From a bacterium (GTDB lineage: Bacteria > Patescibacteriota > Minisyncoccia > UBA6257 > GWB1-50-10), in assembly GCA_021812365.1 (NCBI GenBank), contig JAKANQ010000002.1:16953-80952 (forward strand): DNA of 64,000 nt, read 5' to 3'. The position numbers and the translations under genes were made by a program. Below the pieces are notes generated by a model that saw only the letters and a list, made by a program, of their open reading frames with translations, did no database searches and had not been told where the DNA came from. Of this stretch, positions 37,176 to 45,793 are shown piece after piece; position 1 is the stretch's first letter, and each line of letters opens with the position of its first letter.

Positions 37176-37420
37176 TTTTCGTGCTTGTCTTCTTTGCGCT
37201 CCTCCATCCACGAGCCACCCTCCCACATTGATTTCATACCCCTTATCAAAGGGTTCATTCCGGCCGCTGCCATAAGGTAATAAAGCACCCCGAATAAGCC
37301 AGCAACGATCATAGCGACTACGCTGCTGAAGTTAAAATCGGAAACCAGCAAAGAAAATATAACCCAAATCCCAAAACCAATCCCGGCTCTTTTGAAATGC
37401 TTTTTCTCCAGCTTTTTCAT
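37172..37420 (-). CDS. Small two-TM membrane protein (82 aa)
   Basis: MKKLEKKHFKRAGIGFGIWVIFSLLV...; the upstream in-frame extension lies in a structured RNA region. Confidence 0.65.
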   Translation of the reverse strand: MKKLEKKHFKRAGIGFGIWVIFSLLVSDFNFSSVVAMIVAGLFGVLYYLMAAAGMNPLIRGMKSMWEGGSWMEERKEDKHEN

Positions 37421-37437
37421 AGATTGACCTTTGTTAA

Positions 37438-37615
37438 TGTGCTGGCTGAAAACACAAAGCTCCCAGCCAGCGATGACCTTGCGGCCACCAACCCGAGTTT
37501 CCCCGGATTGCCTCAACAGCGCTCTGACTAGGAGCTTTCTGCTGTTGAGGTCTTGAGGAACCGTGCCGCCGATTTCTCGGACGGGTTAGGTTCTGCCTTT
37601 CGGCTATTCAGTTGT
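37438..37615 (-). ncRNA. Candidate structured RNA or leader (six helices, GNRA tetraloops, possible pseudoknot)
   Basis: GCC-GAAA-GGC, CCGA-GAAA-TCGG, CCTCAACAGC/GCTGTTGAGG, CCGGG-GAAA-CTCGG, GGTGGCC-GCAA-GGTCATC, GCTGGCTG/CAGCCAGC. Confidence 0.6.
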
Positions 37616-37815
37616 GGTTTTATATTACCTCAGAAAGTGTATAATGAAAATGTTCTTTAAATCAGAGTGTCATCAAGGGAATTAATTTTCTAGCAGTCTG
37701 ACCCCGACTTAGAGCGGGCGCAATATTTCGCAATTCCTTTAAACGCAAAGACCCCAGCGTTTAAGGGATTAGTCTACCCAAACGCTGAGCAGCGTTTTTT
37801 TGTTGTTTTGCGAAA

Positions 37816-37944
37816 ATGCTCACGCTTGAGGAGTGTAGAAAACTAGACCCAATATTTCAGGAAATGGCCGACGCACAGCTTTTAGAGTTGTTGGCGACTT
37901 TGTGTGCACTGGTCGATAGTGTTTTAGATAATGAATTGGACTAA
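37816..37944 (+). CDS. Small (42 aa) helical protein directly upstream of the recombinase
   Basis: Hand translation MLTLEECRKLDPIFQEMADAQLLELLATLCALVDSVLDNELD; stop 12 nt before the integrase ATG. Confidence 0.65.
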   Translation: MLTLEECRKLDPIFQEMADAQLLELLATLCALVDSVLDNELD

Positions 37945-37956
37945 AATAAAACCACT

Positions 37957-39525
37957 ATGAAGCAGAAGGCTCTAATTTACTGTCGCGTATCTTCCGAGAG
38001 GCAAAAAAATGAAGGCCACGGACTTGATGGTCAAGAGCATCGCTGCCGGGAATATGCGAGAAGCAAAGAATATGAAGTTGAGGAAGTGTTTCGGGATAGT
38101 TTTACTGGAGGGGGCGATTTTATGAAGCGTCCGGCTATGCGAGAGTTGCTTAATTATGTCGACAAGAATAGCCATAAAGAATACGTTGTAATTTTTGACG
38201 ATCTCAAGCGCTTTGCCCGAGACACAATCTTCCATTGGAATTTGCGACGCGAATTTCGTGCGCGCGGACTAAAACCAGAATGCCTCAATTTTAATTTTGA
38301 TGATAGCCCGGAAGGAGCTTTTGTGGAAACGGTTTTTGCCGCACAAGGTCAATTAGAACGAGAGCAAAATAAACGTCAGGTGATACAAAAACAAAAAGCC
38401 AGACTAGAAAGGGGCTATTGGCCGTTTTATCACCCGCCGGGTTATAGAGCCATCAACAATCCGATACACGGCAAACTCCTTGCGCCCGTCCAACCGGAGG
38501 CGAAGATAATCAAACAAGCTTTTGAGGGTTTTGCGTCTAACAGATTTCAGGAGCAGGTTGATGTCCAAAAATTTTTAACCCAGGAAGGTTTTGGTGGTGG
38601 ACGAAAAATATATTTGGGAATGGTGGGCAAATTATTACGGAGGGCAATTTATGCTGGCTACATAGAATATCCCGATTGGGAAGTTGAGAGGAGGGAGGGG
38701 CATCACGAGCCATTGATAAGCAAAGAAGTTTTTGCAAGGGTTCAGGAAAAGCTTTCTGGCAAGTTAAAAACTTTTTCCAGGCGCGATACTCGAGAAGATT
38801 TTGCGCTCAGGGGGTTTGTTTTATGTCCGGAGTGTTCGCAGCCATTTACCGCTTCTTGGACTACGAAAAAGCGAAAAAATTACAGAATTGGCTATTATCG
38901 CTGCAAGACGGCTGGATGCTCTCTAAAAAATAAAAATATAAACAAAACAGTTATCGATAAGCAGTTTGAAGAGCTGCTTTCGGGGATCAAGCCAAAATCG
39001 GCAATATTAAAACTAACTCAGGCAATATTTATAAAAGCTTGGAATGACCGAGTGTCCACGGCTGAAATCCGTAAAAGTGCAACGGCGAAGGAGTTGGAGG
39101 TTGTGGAAGGTGAAATAGCAGCATTGGCGCGCAGGGCAGCCAAAACGGGCAGTGAAGAGGCTCTGGGGGCTTATGAGAGGGAGATTGAGGCTCTCGGAAA
39201 GAAGGCCGCCTCTTTGCGGGAAAAGCTGGGAGGATTAGAAAAGCCAAAAATAAATTTTGAAACCGCCTTAAATATGGTTTTTGAATTTATCAAAAATCCC
39301 CACAATAAGTGGGTTAATGGAGATTTGGCAACAAAACGCCTACTCTTAAAAGTTGTTTTTGAGAGCAAGATTAGATACAGCAAAGAAAATGGATTTGAAA
39401 CCGCCAATTTAGCCCTTCCCTTAAGGGTTTTTGAGCATTTTGCGGTTTCTAAATACGCAGGTGTGGAGATGACCGGAGTTGAACCGGTGTCCAAGATACT
39501 TCCCATAGACCGTCTACAAGCTTAG
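37957..39525 (+). CDS. Large serine recombinase (integrase)
   Basis: Catalytic IYCRVSSERQ, DDLKRFAR, recombinase domain YAG...HEPLIS, zinc ribbon CPEC...YYRC...C and coiled coil; 3' end reads antisense into tmRNA. Confidence 0.95.
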   Translation: MKQKALIYCRVSSERQKNEGHGLDGQEHRCREYARSKEYEVEEVFRDSFTGGGDFMKRPAMRELLNYVDKNSHKEYVVIFDDLKRFARDTIFHWNLRREFRARGLKPECLNFNFDDSPEGAFVETVFAAQGQLEREQNKRQVIQKQKARLERGYWPFYHPPGYRAINNPIHGKLLAPVQPEAKIIKQAFEGFASNRFQEQVDVQKFLTQEGFGGGRKIYLGMVGKLLRRAIYAGYIEYPDWEVERREGHHEPLISKEVFARVQEKLSGKLKTFSRRDTREDFALRGFVLCPECSQPFTASWTTKKRKNYRIGYYRCKTAGCSLKNKNINKTVIDKQFEELLSGIKPKSAILKLTQAIFIKAWNDRVSTAEIRKSATAKELEVVEGEIAALARRAAKTGSEEALGAYEREIEALGKKAASLREKLGGLEKPKINFETALNMVFEFIKNPHNKWVNGDLATKRLLLKVVFESKIRYSKENGFETANLALPLRVFEHFAVSKYAGVEMTGVEPVSKILPIDRLQA

Positions 39526-39801
39526 TCCTCTTATAGAGAGCGAATTGATTCTAATTTTAACGATTGCATACGAACCTGCTCTGTAATCGCGATTTTCAAA
39601 TATTACACCAGCGAACCCCTATGAAACCTCGGGGACTGATGCCTCACTCTTAAAGAGTGAGGAACACCATTCATTACGCAAATGCGAATGAAGGCGCTGC
39701 AACACGAGTGTTGTCAGTTACATTTTTTTGATCCTTTAACGAAGTGATCGTTTCGGCCTGCAAATCTATGAGTGGGTATATTGTCAAAGCCCAACATCCC
39801 C
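39464..39801 (-). ncRNA. ssrA: tmRNA (one-piece), predicted tag (A)DNTRVAAPSFAFA
   Basis: 5' GGGGATG pairs with 3' CATCTCC-A including the G3:U wobble; T-arm CCGG-TTCAACT-CCGG; tag ORF after TAACT ends TAA TGA; 9 nt downstream of smpB. Confidence 0.95.
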
Positions 39802-39810
39802 GTTGTTAAT

Positions 39811-40248
39811 TTACGAGACAGCCCTTCGGATCTCGCGCTCCACCTCCCGTTTCTTTATCGTTTCGCGCTTGTCGGCCTTCTTTTTGCCGCGTCCCAATCC
39901 GAGTTCTATCTTCACAAACCCGCGCTTATTATACGATTTTAGTGGCACAATTGTCAACCCTTCATTCAGTTTTCCAAGGAGATGGTTTATCTCTTTGCGC
40001 GTCAAAAGAAGTCTGCGCGTGCGCATAGGATCGTAATTGTCGGGCGCGTTCTTCACCTGAAAGGGATGAATCGTTGAGCCGACAAGGTATGCTTCGTTGC
40101 CCCGAATGACCGCGTGGCTTCCGGACAGATCAAAACGACCCATTTTCACGGATTTTGCCTCGTGCCCCAGAAGTTCGATTCCCGCGACGAACGTCTCGAG
40201 AATCTCATAATCAAAAGTAGCCTTTTTGTTTACGGAATACGGTTCCAT
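39811..40248 (-). CDS. smpB: SsrA-binding protein
   Basis: NKKATFDYEILE, AGIELLGHEAKS, RTRRLLL, GKKKADKRETIK. Confidence 0.97.
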   Translation of the reverse strand: MEPYSVNKKATFDYEILETFVAGIELLGHEAKSVKMGRFDLSGSHAVIRGNEAYLVGSTIHPFQVKNAPDNYDPMRTRRLLLTRKEINHLLGKLNEGLTIVPLKSYNKRGFVKIELGLGRGKKKADKRETIKKREVEREIRRAVS

Positions 40249-40346
40249 ACGTACTTAAGGTAACACTTTCTTGGTTGGCATAAAAGTCGCATAGTCCTTC
40301 ATCGCCGCGCTTCCGTATTTGCCGCGTGTCTGCTTTAATATGAGAT

Positions 40347-41930
40347 ATGCGAGAAAAGATACTCATCGCCCTCAAGAAGCGCATTCCCGAAGATGTGCGC
40401 GTTGATGTTTCCATTGCGGAAAATAAAGCATTCGGGCATTACAGCAGCAATGTTTCATTTAAACTTGCGAAAATAAGGAATAAAGCGCCTCGCGAGATTG
40501 CGGAAGGACTCTCTCTCTCGCTCTCAAACGAAAAAGAATTTGAGAAGGTTGAGGTTGCGGGCGGCGGATTTTTGAATTTCAGACTTTCACAAAAGGTTCT
40601 TGCACATGAACTCAAGGATATTTTGAAAAAAGCTGATGCATACGGTTCGAAAAAACTGTCGAAAGCAAAACAGAAAAAGATTCAGGTTGAATATATCTCC
40701 GCAAATCCCACGGGACCGCTCACACTCGCGAACGGACGAGGTGGGTTTTTAGGAGATGCGATAGCGAACGTACTCGCAGCGGCGGGGCACAAGGTTGAGC
40801 GAGAATATTATGTGAATGATACCGGAAATCAGGTGCGTACCCTTGGCCTCTCTCTTATCGCCTCGGCGGGATTCATTCCTTTTGAAGAGACCTTCTACAA
40901 GGGGGAGTATGTGAAGGATTGGGCGCTTGCCAACAAGACAACGGTGAAGAAGTTCAAGGATAACCCTGAACATTTAGGCGGTTTGGCGGCAAACCATTTT
41001 TTGAAACTCATTAAAACGGCCATAGAAAAAAAGGCTGGAATTCATTTTGACAGGTATACCTCGGAAAAAAATGATGTGCACGGCAAGAAGTTCATTGAGA
41101 AAGCGCTCGAGCTGTTCAAAGAGCTCGGGGTGTCGTATGAAAAAGATGGCGCGTTGTGGCTTAAGACGACCGATTATGGCGATGATAAAGATAGGGTACT
41201 TGTGACAAGCGAGAAGACGCCGACATATTTCCTTGCCGACGCAGGGCATTATTTCGAGACGAAGGTGAGAGGATTTGATGAGAAGATCCTTATTTTGGGC
41301 CCCGACCACTATGGATATGTCAGTCGTATTCAGGCGGCGGCAACGATAGTCGGGCTTCCAAGTTCAAAGGTCATCATCACGCAGGCCGTCCGTCTTATAC
41401 GGGGAGGAAAGGAGGCGAAGATGTCGAAGCGAAAAGGATTATTCGTCACGTTTCAGGAATTAATTGAGGACGTTTCACCGGATGCCGCACGTTTCTTTTT
41501 CCTTATGATATCGCCCGACACGCATATGGATTTTGATCTTGACCTTGCAAAGGAAAAATCACTCAAAAATCCGGTATTTTATGCGCAGTATGCATACGTG
41601 CGCGCAGTAAGCATCATTAAAAAGACAAAAATTAAAAAAGGAAAGGAAGACCTTTCACTGTTGGGGAGCGGGGAGGACATCCACCTTATGCTAAAACTTT
41701 CCGAATTTCCTGAAATTCTTGAAGACGCGGCTGGGGATTATGCGATACATCGCATAACAAAGTACATACTTGAGCTTTCCAAGGCATTCCATAATTTCTA
41801 TGAGAAGGAACGAGTGGGTGGTGTGGATGATGAGCTTGTCCGCGCGCGCCTCGCATTGGTGGGTGCGACCGCGGTCGTATTGAAAAACGCGCTCGGTGTG
41901 CTCGGAGTGTCAACACCAAAGAAGATGTAA
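40347..41930 (+). CDS. argS: Arginine--tRNA ligase
   Basis: VEYISANPTGPL, EYYVNDTG, DDKDRVL, KMSKRKG, YAQYAYVR. Confidence 0.96.
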   Translation: MREKILIALKKRIPEDVRVDVSIAENKAFGHYSSNVSFKLAKIRNKAPREIAEGLSLSLSNEKEFEKVEVAGGGFLNFRLSQKVLAHELKDILKKADAYGSKKLSKAKQKKIQVEYISANPTGPLTLANGRGGFLGDAIANVLAAAGHKVEREYYVNDTGNQVRTLGLSLIASAGFIPFEETFYKGEYVKDWALANKTTVKKFKDNPEHLGGLAANHFLKLIKTAIEKKAGIHFDRYTSEKNDVHGKKFIEKALELFKELGVSYEKDGALWLKTTDYGDDKDRVLVTSEKTPTYFLADAGHYFETKVRGFDEKILILGPDHYGYVSRIQAAATIVGLPSSKVIITQAVRLIRGGKEAKMSKRKGLFVTFQELIEDVSPDAARFFFLMISPDTHMDFDLDLAKEKSLKNPVFYAQYAYVRAVSIIKKTKIKKGKEDLSLLGSGEDIHLMLKLSEFPEILEDAAGDYAIHRITKYILELSKAFHNFYEKERVGGVDDELVRARLALVGATAVVLKNALGVLGVSTPKKM

Positions 41931-41960
41931 AAAAGAATCCCCGGATGGGGATTCTTTTTT
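41929..41960. terminator. Bidirectional intrinsic terminator
   Basis: AAAAAGAATCCCC-GGAT-GGGGATTCTTTTT. Confidence 0.8.
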
Positions 41961-42342
41961 ATTTTTCCAAGACCTCTTTTACCTTGCTTATTACATCTTC
42001 TATCTTCCAATCCGCTTTCACGAGGTAGAACACGGGTTCTGTTTCCACGACTTCCCGCATTATCTTATCATCAGGATTCAAATTGGTAAGGATGATGACG
42101 GGGACCGATTTACCCCAGTCTCCGCTTTTACGGAGTTCATCAAGCATCGTCATACCACTCATTCTAGGCATGATGATATCGAGAAGGATGAGGTCGGGTT
42201 TCTCTTGGAGTGCTATCACAAGCCCCTCTTCACCATCTTTTGCTTCAAGTGCTTTCATGCCCTCATGCCGGAGTTTTTCTACGAGGGCCATTCGTACAGG
42301 AGCATGGTCTTCGATGACGAGGATTGTTTTGGTGGTTTGCAT
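41959..42342 (-). CDS. Single-domain response regulator
   Basis: ILVIED, DLILLDIIMP, ILTN, YLVK. Confidence 0.92.
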   Translation of the reverse strand: MQTTKTILVIEDHAPVRMALVEKLRHEGMKALEAKDGEEGLVIALQEKPDLILLDIIMPRMSGMTMLDELRKSGDWGKSVPVIILTNLNPDDKIMREVVETEPVFYLVKADWKIEDVISKVKEVLEK

Positions 42343-42386
42343 AGTTTCGCAATTAGCTATTGTGTTTATTATATCATTTTGATCTC

Positions 42387-45338
42387 CTATGTCGAAAGAG
42401 TGAGTGTTTTACTTCCTTCCCTTGCCTCCATTCCAGAGAGTGGAATGGTTACATAGAACGTGGTGCCCTCATTTTCTTTTGAAGTAAATCGAATTGTTCC
42501 GCCGCTGTTATCCATGATGGATTTCACGATATAGAGGCCTAATCCGGTTCCGTCAGTTTTTGTCTCTATCGCGTTATCGGCTCTGAAGAGTTTGCCGAAT
42601 ATTTTTGGTTGCGAGGCCTTTGGAATCCCAATTCCGTTATCGGAAACGGAGAAAAGAAATTCGTTTCCATCTTTTTTCAGTTCTACGTGGACCAGCCCGT
42701 TTTCCTTCGTGTATTCTATCGCGTTTGCAATGAGATTTTGGAATACTATTTTCACAAGATTTTTGTCGGCATTTATGAGGGGAATATCTTTTCCAAATGA
42801 CGTAGTAAGCATTATGCGCCTTTTTATAGTGAGCGGTTCCAGTTCTTTCAGTGTTATTCTACATATCTCAACAAGGTCAGACGGTTCCGGCTCAATGGAG
42901 AAGGTACCTAGTTCGATGCGGGACACGCTGAGGAGCGCGTTCACAAGCGACACGAGGCGTCGGCCTCCATTATGAATCTCCTCAATATATTGTTTTTGTT
43001 TTTCAGTTATTGTCCCCGCGTCTCCTCCAAGAAGCATTTCGGCATACCACGTAATGGTAGTAAGGGGCGTGCGAAGTTGGTGAGAGGCAAGTGACACGAA
43101 TTCCGTTTTCGCGCGGTCTATCGCTTTTTCTTTGGTGATATCTCGCTCAATTGCCACAAAGAATTGTACGTTACTTCTTTCATCAAGAATGGGGGATATA
43201 TCAATGAGGGCCACGTATTCTTCCCCATTCTTCCTCTTGTTGCGAATCTCACCGGTGAATAATTTCTTTTGGTTTTTAATTCTGTCCCACATATTCTTGT
43301 AGAATATCTTTGGCATAAGCCCTCCCCATATCTTCCCTGCTTTTTGTCCAAGCATCTCTTCTATTGAATATCCTGTTATTTTTTCGGCGGCTTTATTCGC
43401 ATACTGCACTACGCCTTCCGGATCGGTGATGATGATGTGGTCTGAGGCTGATTCAACCGCAAGTTTGAATTTTTGCAGTTCGAAATAGTTATTGCGTAAT
43501 GTCTCTTCGCCGCGCTTTTGGATGGTTATGTCTTGGACTAGTGCTTGAAGATATGGGCGGTCGGCAACCTCAAATCTGTTTAGGGAAACCTCCGCATCAA
43601 ATAGCGTGCCGTCCTTTCGAAGGTGTTTCCAGTAAAAACGTTGTGGATGTCCTGCGAGCGCCGCATTGATGAATGCCCTTGCCATTGTTGCGGAGTCTTC
43701 GCCGTTTGGTTGCTTGGTTGGACTGAACTCTTGCGGCGTGTGGCCTATTATGTCCTCCATTTTTTCACTTTTGAACATTGATAGAGCCATTTTGTTGCAT
43801 TCGATGAAGATATTGCCATCCATTATAAATATCGCATCGTTGGCTCCCTCAAAAAGCGTGTGGTATCGATTTTCCGCCTTCTCAAGGTTATTCGCATATT
43901 CTTTCAGTATTGTCTCCGTTTTTTTTCTTTCAGTGATATCACGAAGAATCAATTGAACCCCAACGATCTTATTGTTCTCGTGTATTGCCGCGGCATTCGC
44001 TTCTATGGTGAGCAGATTTCCCGATCTTTGCTTTATTTCCAATTCAAATGCGCTTCCTTTTTGTCCTCCAAGAACATTTGCGAACTCTTCCAGTGCTTTG
44101 TGGTTGAATATGTCGGAAAGCGCTCCGATTTTGGTAAAATGTTTCCCTCTCACTTCCTCAAGGGGGTAGCCGAACAGCGCAATAGCGGCTTCGTTTGCGG
44201 AAATGAATGAACCGTTTGTATCAAGGGTGATAATCGCATCCGGTGCTGTTTCGATGAGGCGCCGCTCGGTCTCACTCAGTTTTTTTGCAAGGTCTTCCGC
44301 GAGCCCCCTTGCGCGCGATTCCGAGTGCTTAAGCGTGTGGTAGATGCCAATGAGGAGAATGCCGGAAAAAATGATCGCAACGGCCGCAAGCGGTGGAATA
44401 TATCTTTGAAACAGCGTTATATTTTTATCTGATGGTTCTGTAATGCGCAGCGTCCAATTGATGCCATTGAATTTGAACGGCGTGATTTCCTCAAAGATGC
44501 TTTTCTGATTTCCATTCGTCTTACCGAAATAGTATATGAGATTTTTATCGGTAAGTTCGGTGTTTTGCGTGGTGTCATAAAAACCAACACTCACGTCTTC
44601 AGATGGTTTGGTATATTTGGTGAGGACAAGATCAAAGAGCTGTTTTATGTTCACTTCCATTGACACCAATCCCGCAATTGCCGCTCTTCGTTCATCTATA
44701 GTGGAGACAAGCATCCCGTTTCTATAGATAGGAAGATAAATAAATAGGTATGGGGCACCCCCTTCATAAAAACCGGGCGCTATGGTGAATTCGCCCGTAT
44801 CTCTTGCTTTTTCTATCGCGGCTCGCATATTTGCATTGGTAAATTCATCAAGACCAAAATATCTGCTGATATTTTCCTGCGGCTCCATGTAATTTACCAC
44901 ATAGTATTCCTCACGATCTCCCGCGGGAGAGATGGTGAAGTTCGGAAATCCTTTTGGATTGGTTGAGGTGTCTTTGCGTACGGAATCAATGAATAATACC
45001 CTCTCTTTCCCCTTAACCCGTTGGATATACATGAAGCCATTGGTGGCGGGAAAAAGGTCCGAAGAGCGTGACCCTTGTATGAAGTTTGACCATTCGTTTC
45101 GTTCCACGGATTTACTTGCGGCAAAGAGGCCGTGAAGCCCCTGAAGGGATTTCAGGTATCCTGAGAGCCCCGCTTCTCCAAGGATATCGTCGTGTACGCC
45201 CCTTGCCTCATTTTTAAAGTAAGCCTCTGCTTCATTGTAGATATATGAACGAGTGGAAAAATAAATAAAAACGCCCATCGCAACGATTGTGAATACGAGC
45301 GCAAAACTCAGGACTATTGTGGTATATTTGCGAATCAT
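42387..45338 (-). CDS. CHASE-domain sensor histidine kinase with three PAS domains
   Basis: TM-CHASE (GLFAASKSVERNEW, AIEKARDTG)-TM, three PAS/PAC repeats, SHQLRTPLT, DNGIGI, GTGLGL. Confidence 0.92.
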   Translation of the reverse strand: MIRKYTTIVLSFALVFTIVAMGVFIYFSTRSYIYNEAEAYFKNEARGVHDDILGEAGLSGYLKSLQGLHGLFAASKSVERNEWSNFIQGSRSSDLFPATNGFMYIQRVKGKERVLFIDSVRKDTSTNPKGFPNFTISPAGDREEYYVVNYMEPQENISRYFGLDEFTNANMRAAIEKARDTGEFTIAPGFYEGGAPYLFIYLPIYRNGMLVSTIDERRAAIAGLVSMEVNIKQLFDLVLTKYTKPSEDVSVGFYDTTQNTELTDKNLIYYFGKTNGNQKSIFEEITPFKFNGINWTLRITEPSDKNITLFQRYIPPLAAVAIIFSGILLIGIYHTLKHSESRARGLAEDLAKKLSETERRLIETAPDAIITLDTNGSFISANEAAIALFGYPLEEVRGKHFTKIGALSDIFNHKALEEFANVLGGQKGSAFELEIKQRSGNLLTIEANAAAIHENNKIVGVQLILRDITERKKTETILKEYANNLEKAENRYHTLFEGANDAIFIMDGNIFIECNKMALSMFKSEKMEDIIGHTPQEFSPTKQPNGEDSATMARAFINAALAGHPQRFYWKHLRKDGTLFDAEVSLNRFEVADRPYLQALVQDITIQKRGEETLRNNYFELQKFKLAVESASDHIIITDPEGVVQYANKAAEKITGYSIEEMLGQKAGKIWGGLMPKIFYKNMWDRIKNQKKLFTGEIRNKRKNGEEYVALIDISPILDERSNVQFFVAIERDITKEKAIDRAKTEFVSLASHQLRTPLTTITWYAEMLLGGDAGTITEKQKQYIEEIHNGGRRLVSLVNALLSVSRIELGTFSIEPEPSDLVEICRITLKELEPLTIKRRIMLTTSFGKDIPLINADKNLVKIVFQNLIANAIEYTKENGLVHVELKKDGNEFLFSVSDNGIGIPKASQPKIFGKLFRADNAIETKTDGTGLGLYIVKSIMDNSGGTIRFTSKENEGTTFYVTIPLSGMEAREGSKTLTLST

Positions 45339-45375
45339 CGGAAGAGTGTGGGGGGCCTCCGGTTTTTCCGAAGAG

Positions 45376-45741
45376 CTATGAGATGCGGGCAGCCTCTATC
45401 TTCTCTACGATTTCGTTGATGGGGTGCTGTGATTTCACAAAATAATCTTTTGCTCCGAGTGCGAATGCCTTCTTAATGTTCTCGTCCTCCCCAAGATTTG
45501 AGAGAACGATGACGGGGACCATTCCAAGTTCAGGATCCGCTTTTAAATCTTTCAATACGGAAAACCCGTCTTTTTTAGGAAGAATAAGATCCAAGAGAAC
45601 CAATTCCGGTTTATATGCGTGGGCAAGAGCAATCGCCGCTTCGCCGTCTTTTGCCACTTTTGTCTCAAATCCAGACTTATCCAGTTTTTCTTTGAGTACG
45701 AACGCAAGGGATTCCTCATCTTCAACAATTAAAATTTTCAT
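45376..45741 (-). CDS. Single-domain response regulator
   Basis: ILIVEDE, LLDLILPKKDG, LSNL, YFVK. Confidence 0.92.
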   Translation of the reverse strand: MKILIVEDEESLAFVLKEKLDKSGFETKVAKDGEAAIALAHAYKPELVLLDLILPKKDGFSVLKDLKADPELGMVPVIVLSNLGEDENIKKAFALGAKDYFVKSQHPINEIVEKIEAARIS

Positions 45742-45793
45742 GGCTTATGTATCTTGCCTTTATTGTAGCACAGCTATTTTCGAGCGTCATTGC

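Larger units (their letters stand above)
34304..39467. mobile_element. ~5.16-kb serine-integrase element inserted at the 3' end of tmRNA
   Basis: 7-bp direct repeat GTGTGGA at 34304-34310 and 39461-39467 (the tmRNA 3' end); recombinase at the tmRNA-proximal end; accessory TA and nuclease cargo. Confidence 0.85.

Noticed and set aside
37585-37615. Hammerhead ribozyme (minus strand CTGAATA-GCC-GAAA-GGC-AGAA)
   Set aside because: The core deviates from CUGANGA...GAAA at essential positions.
34304-39467. Prophage or conjugative element
   Set aside because: No structural, replication, relaxase or T4SS genes in the 5.16 kb.
39464-39801. Permuted two-piece tmRNA or a tRNA-Ala
   Set aside because: The 5' and 3' acceptor strands flank the tag ORF in standard order, and there is no anticodon arm.
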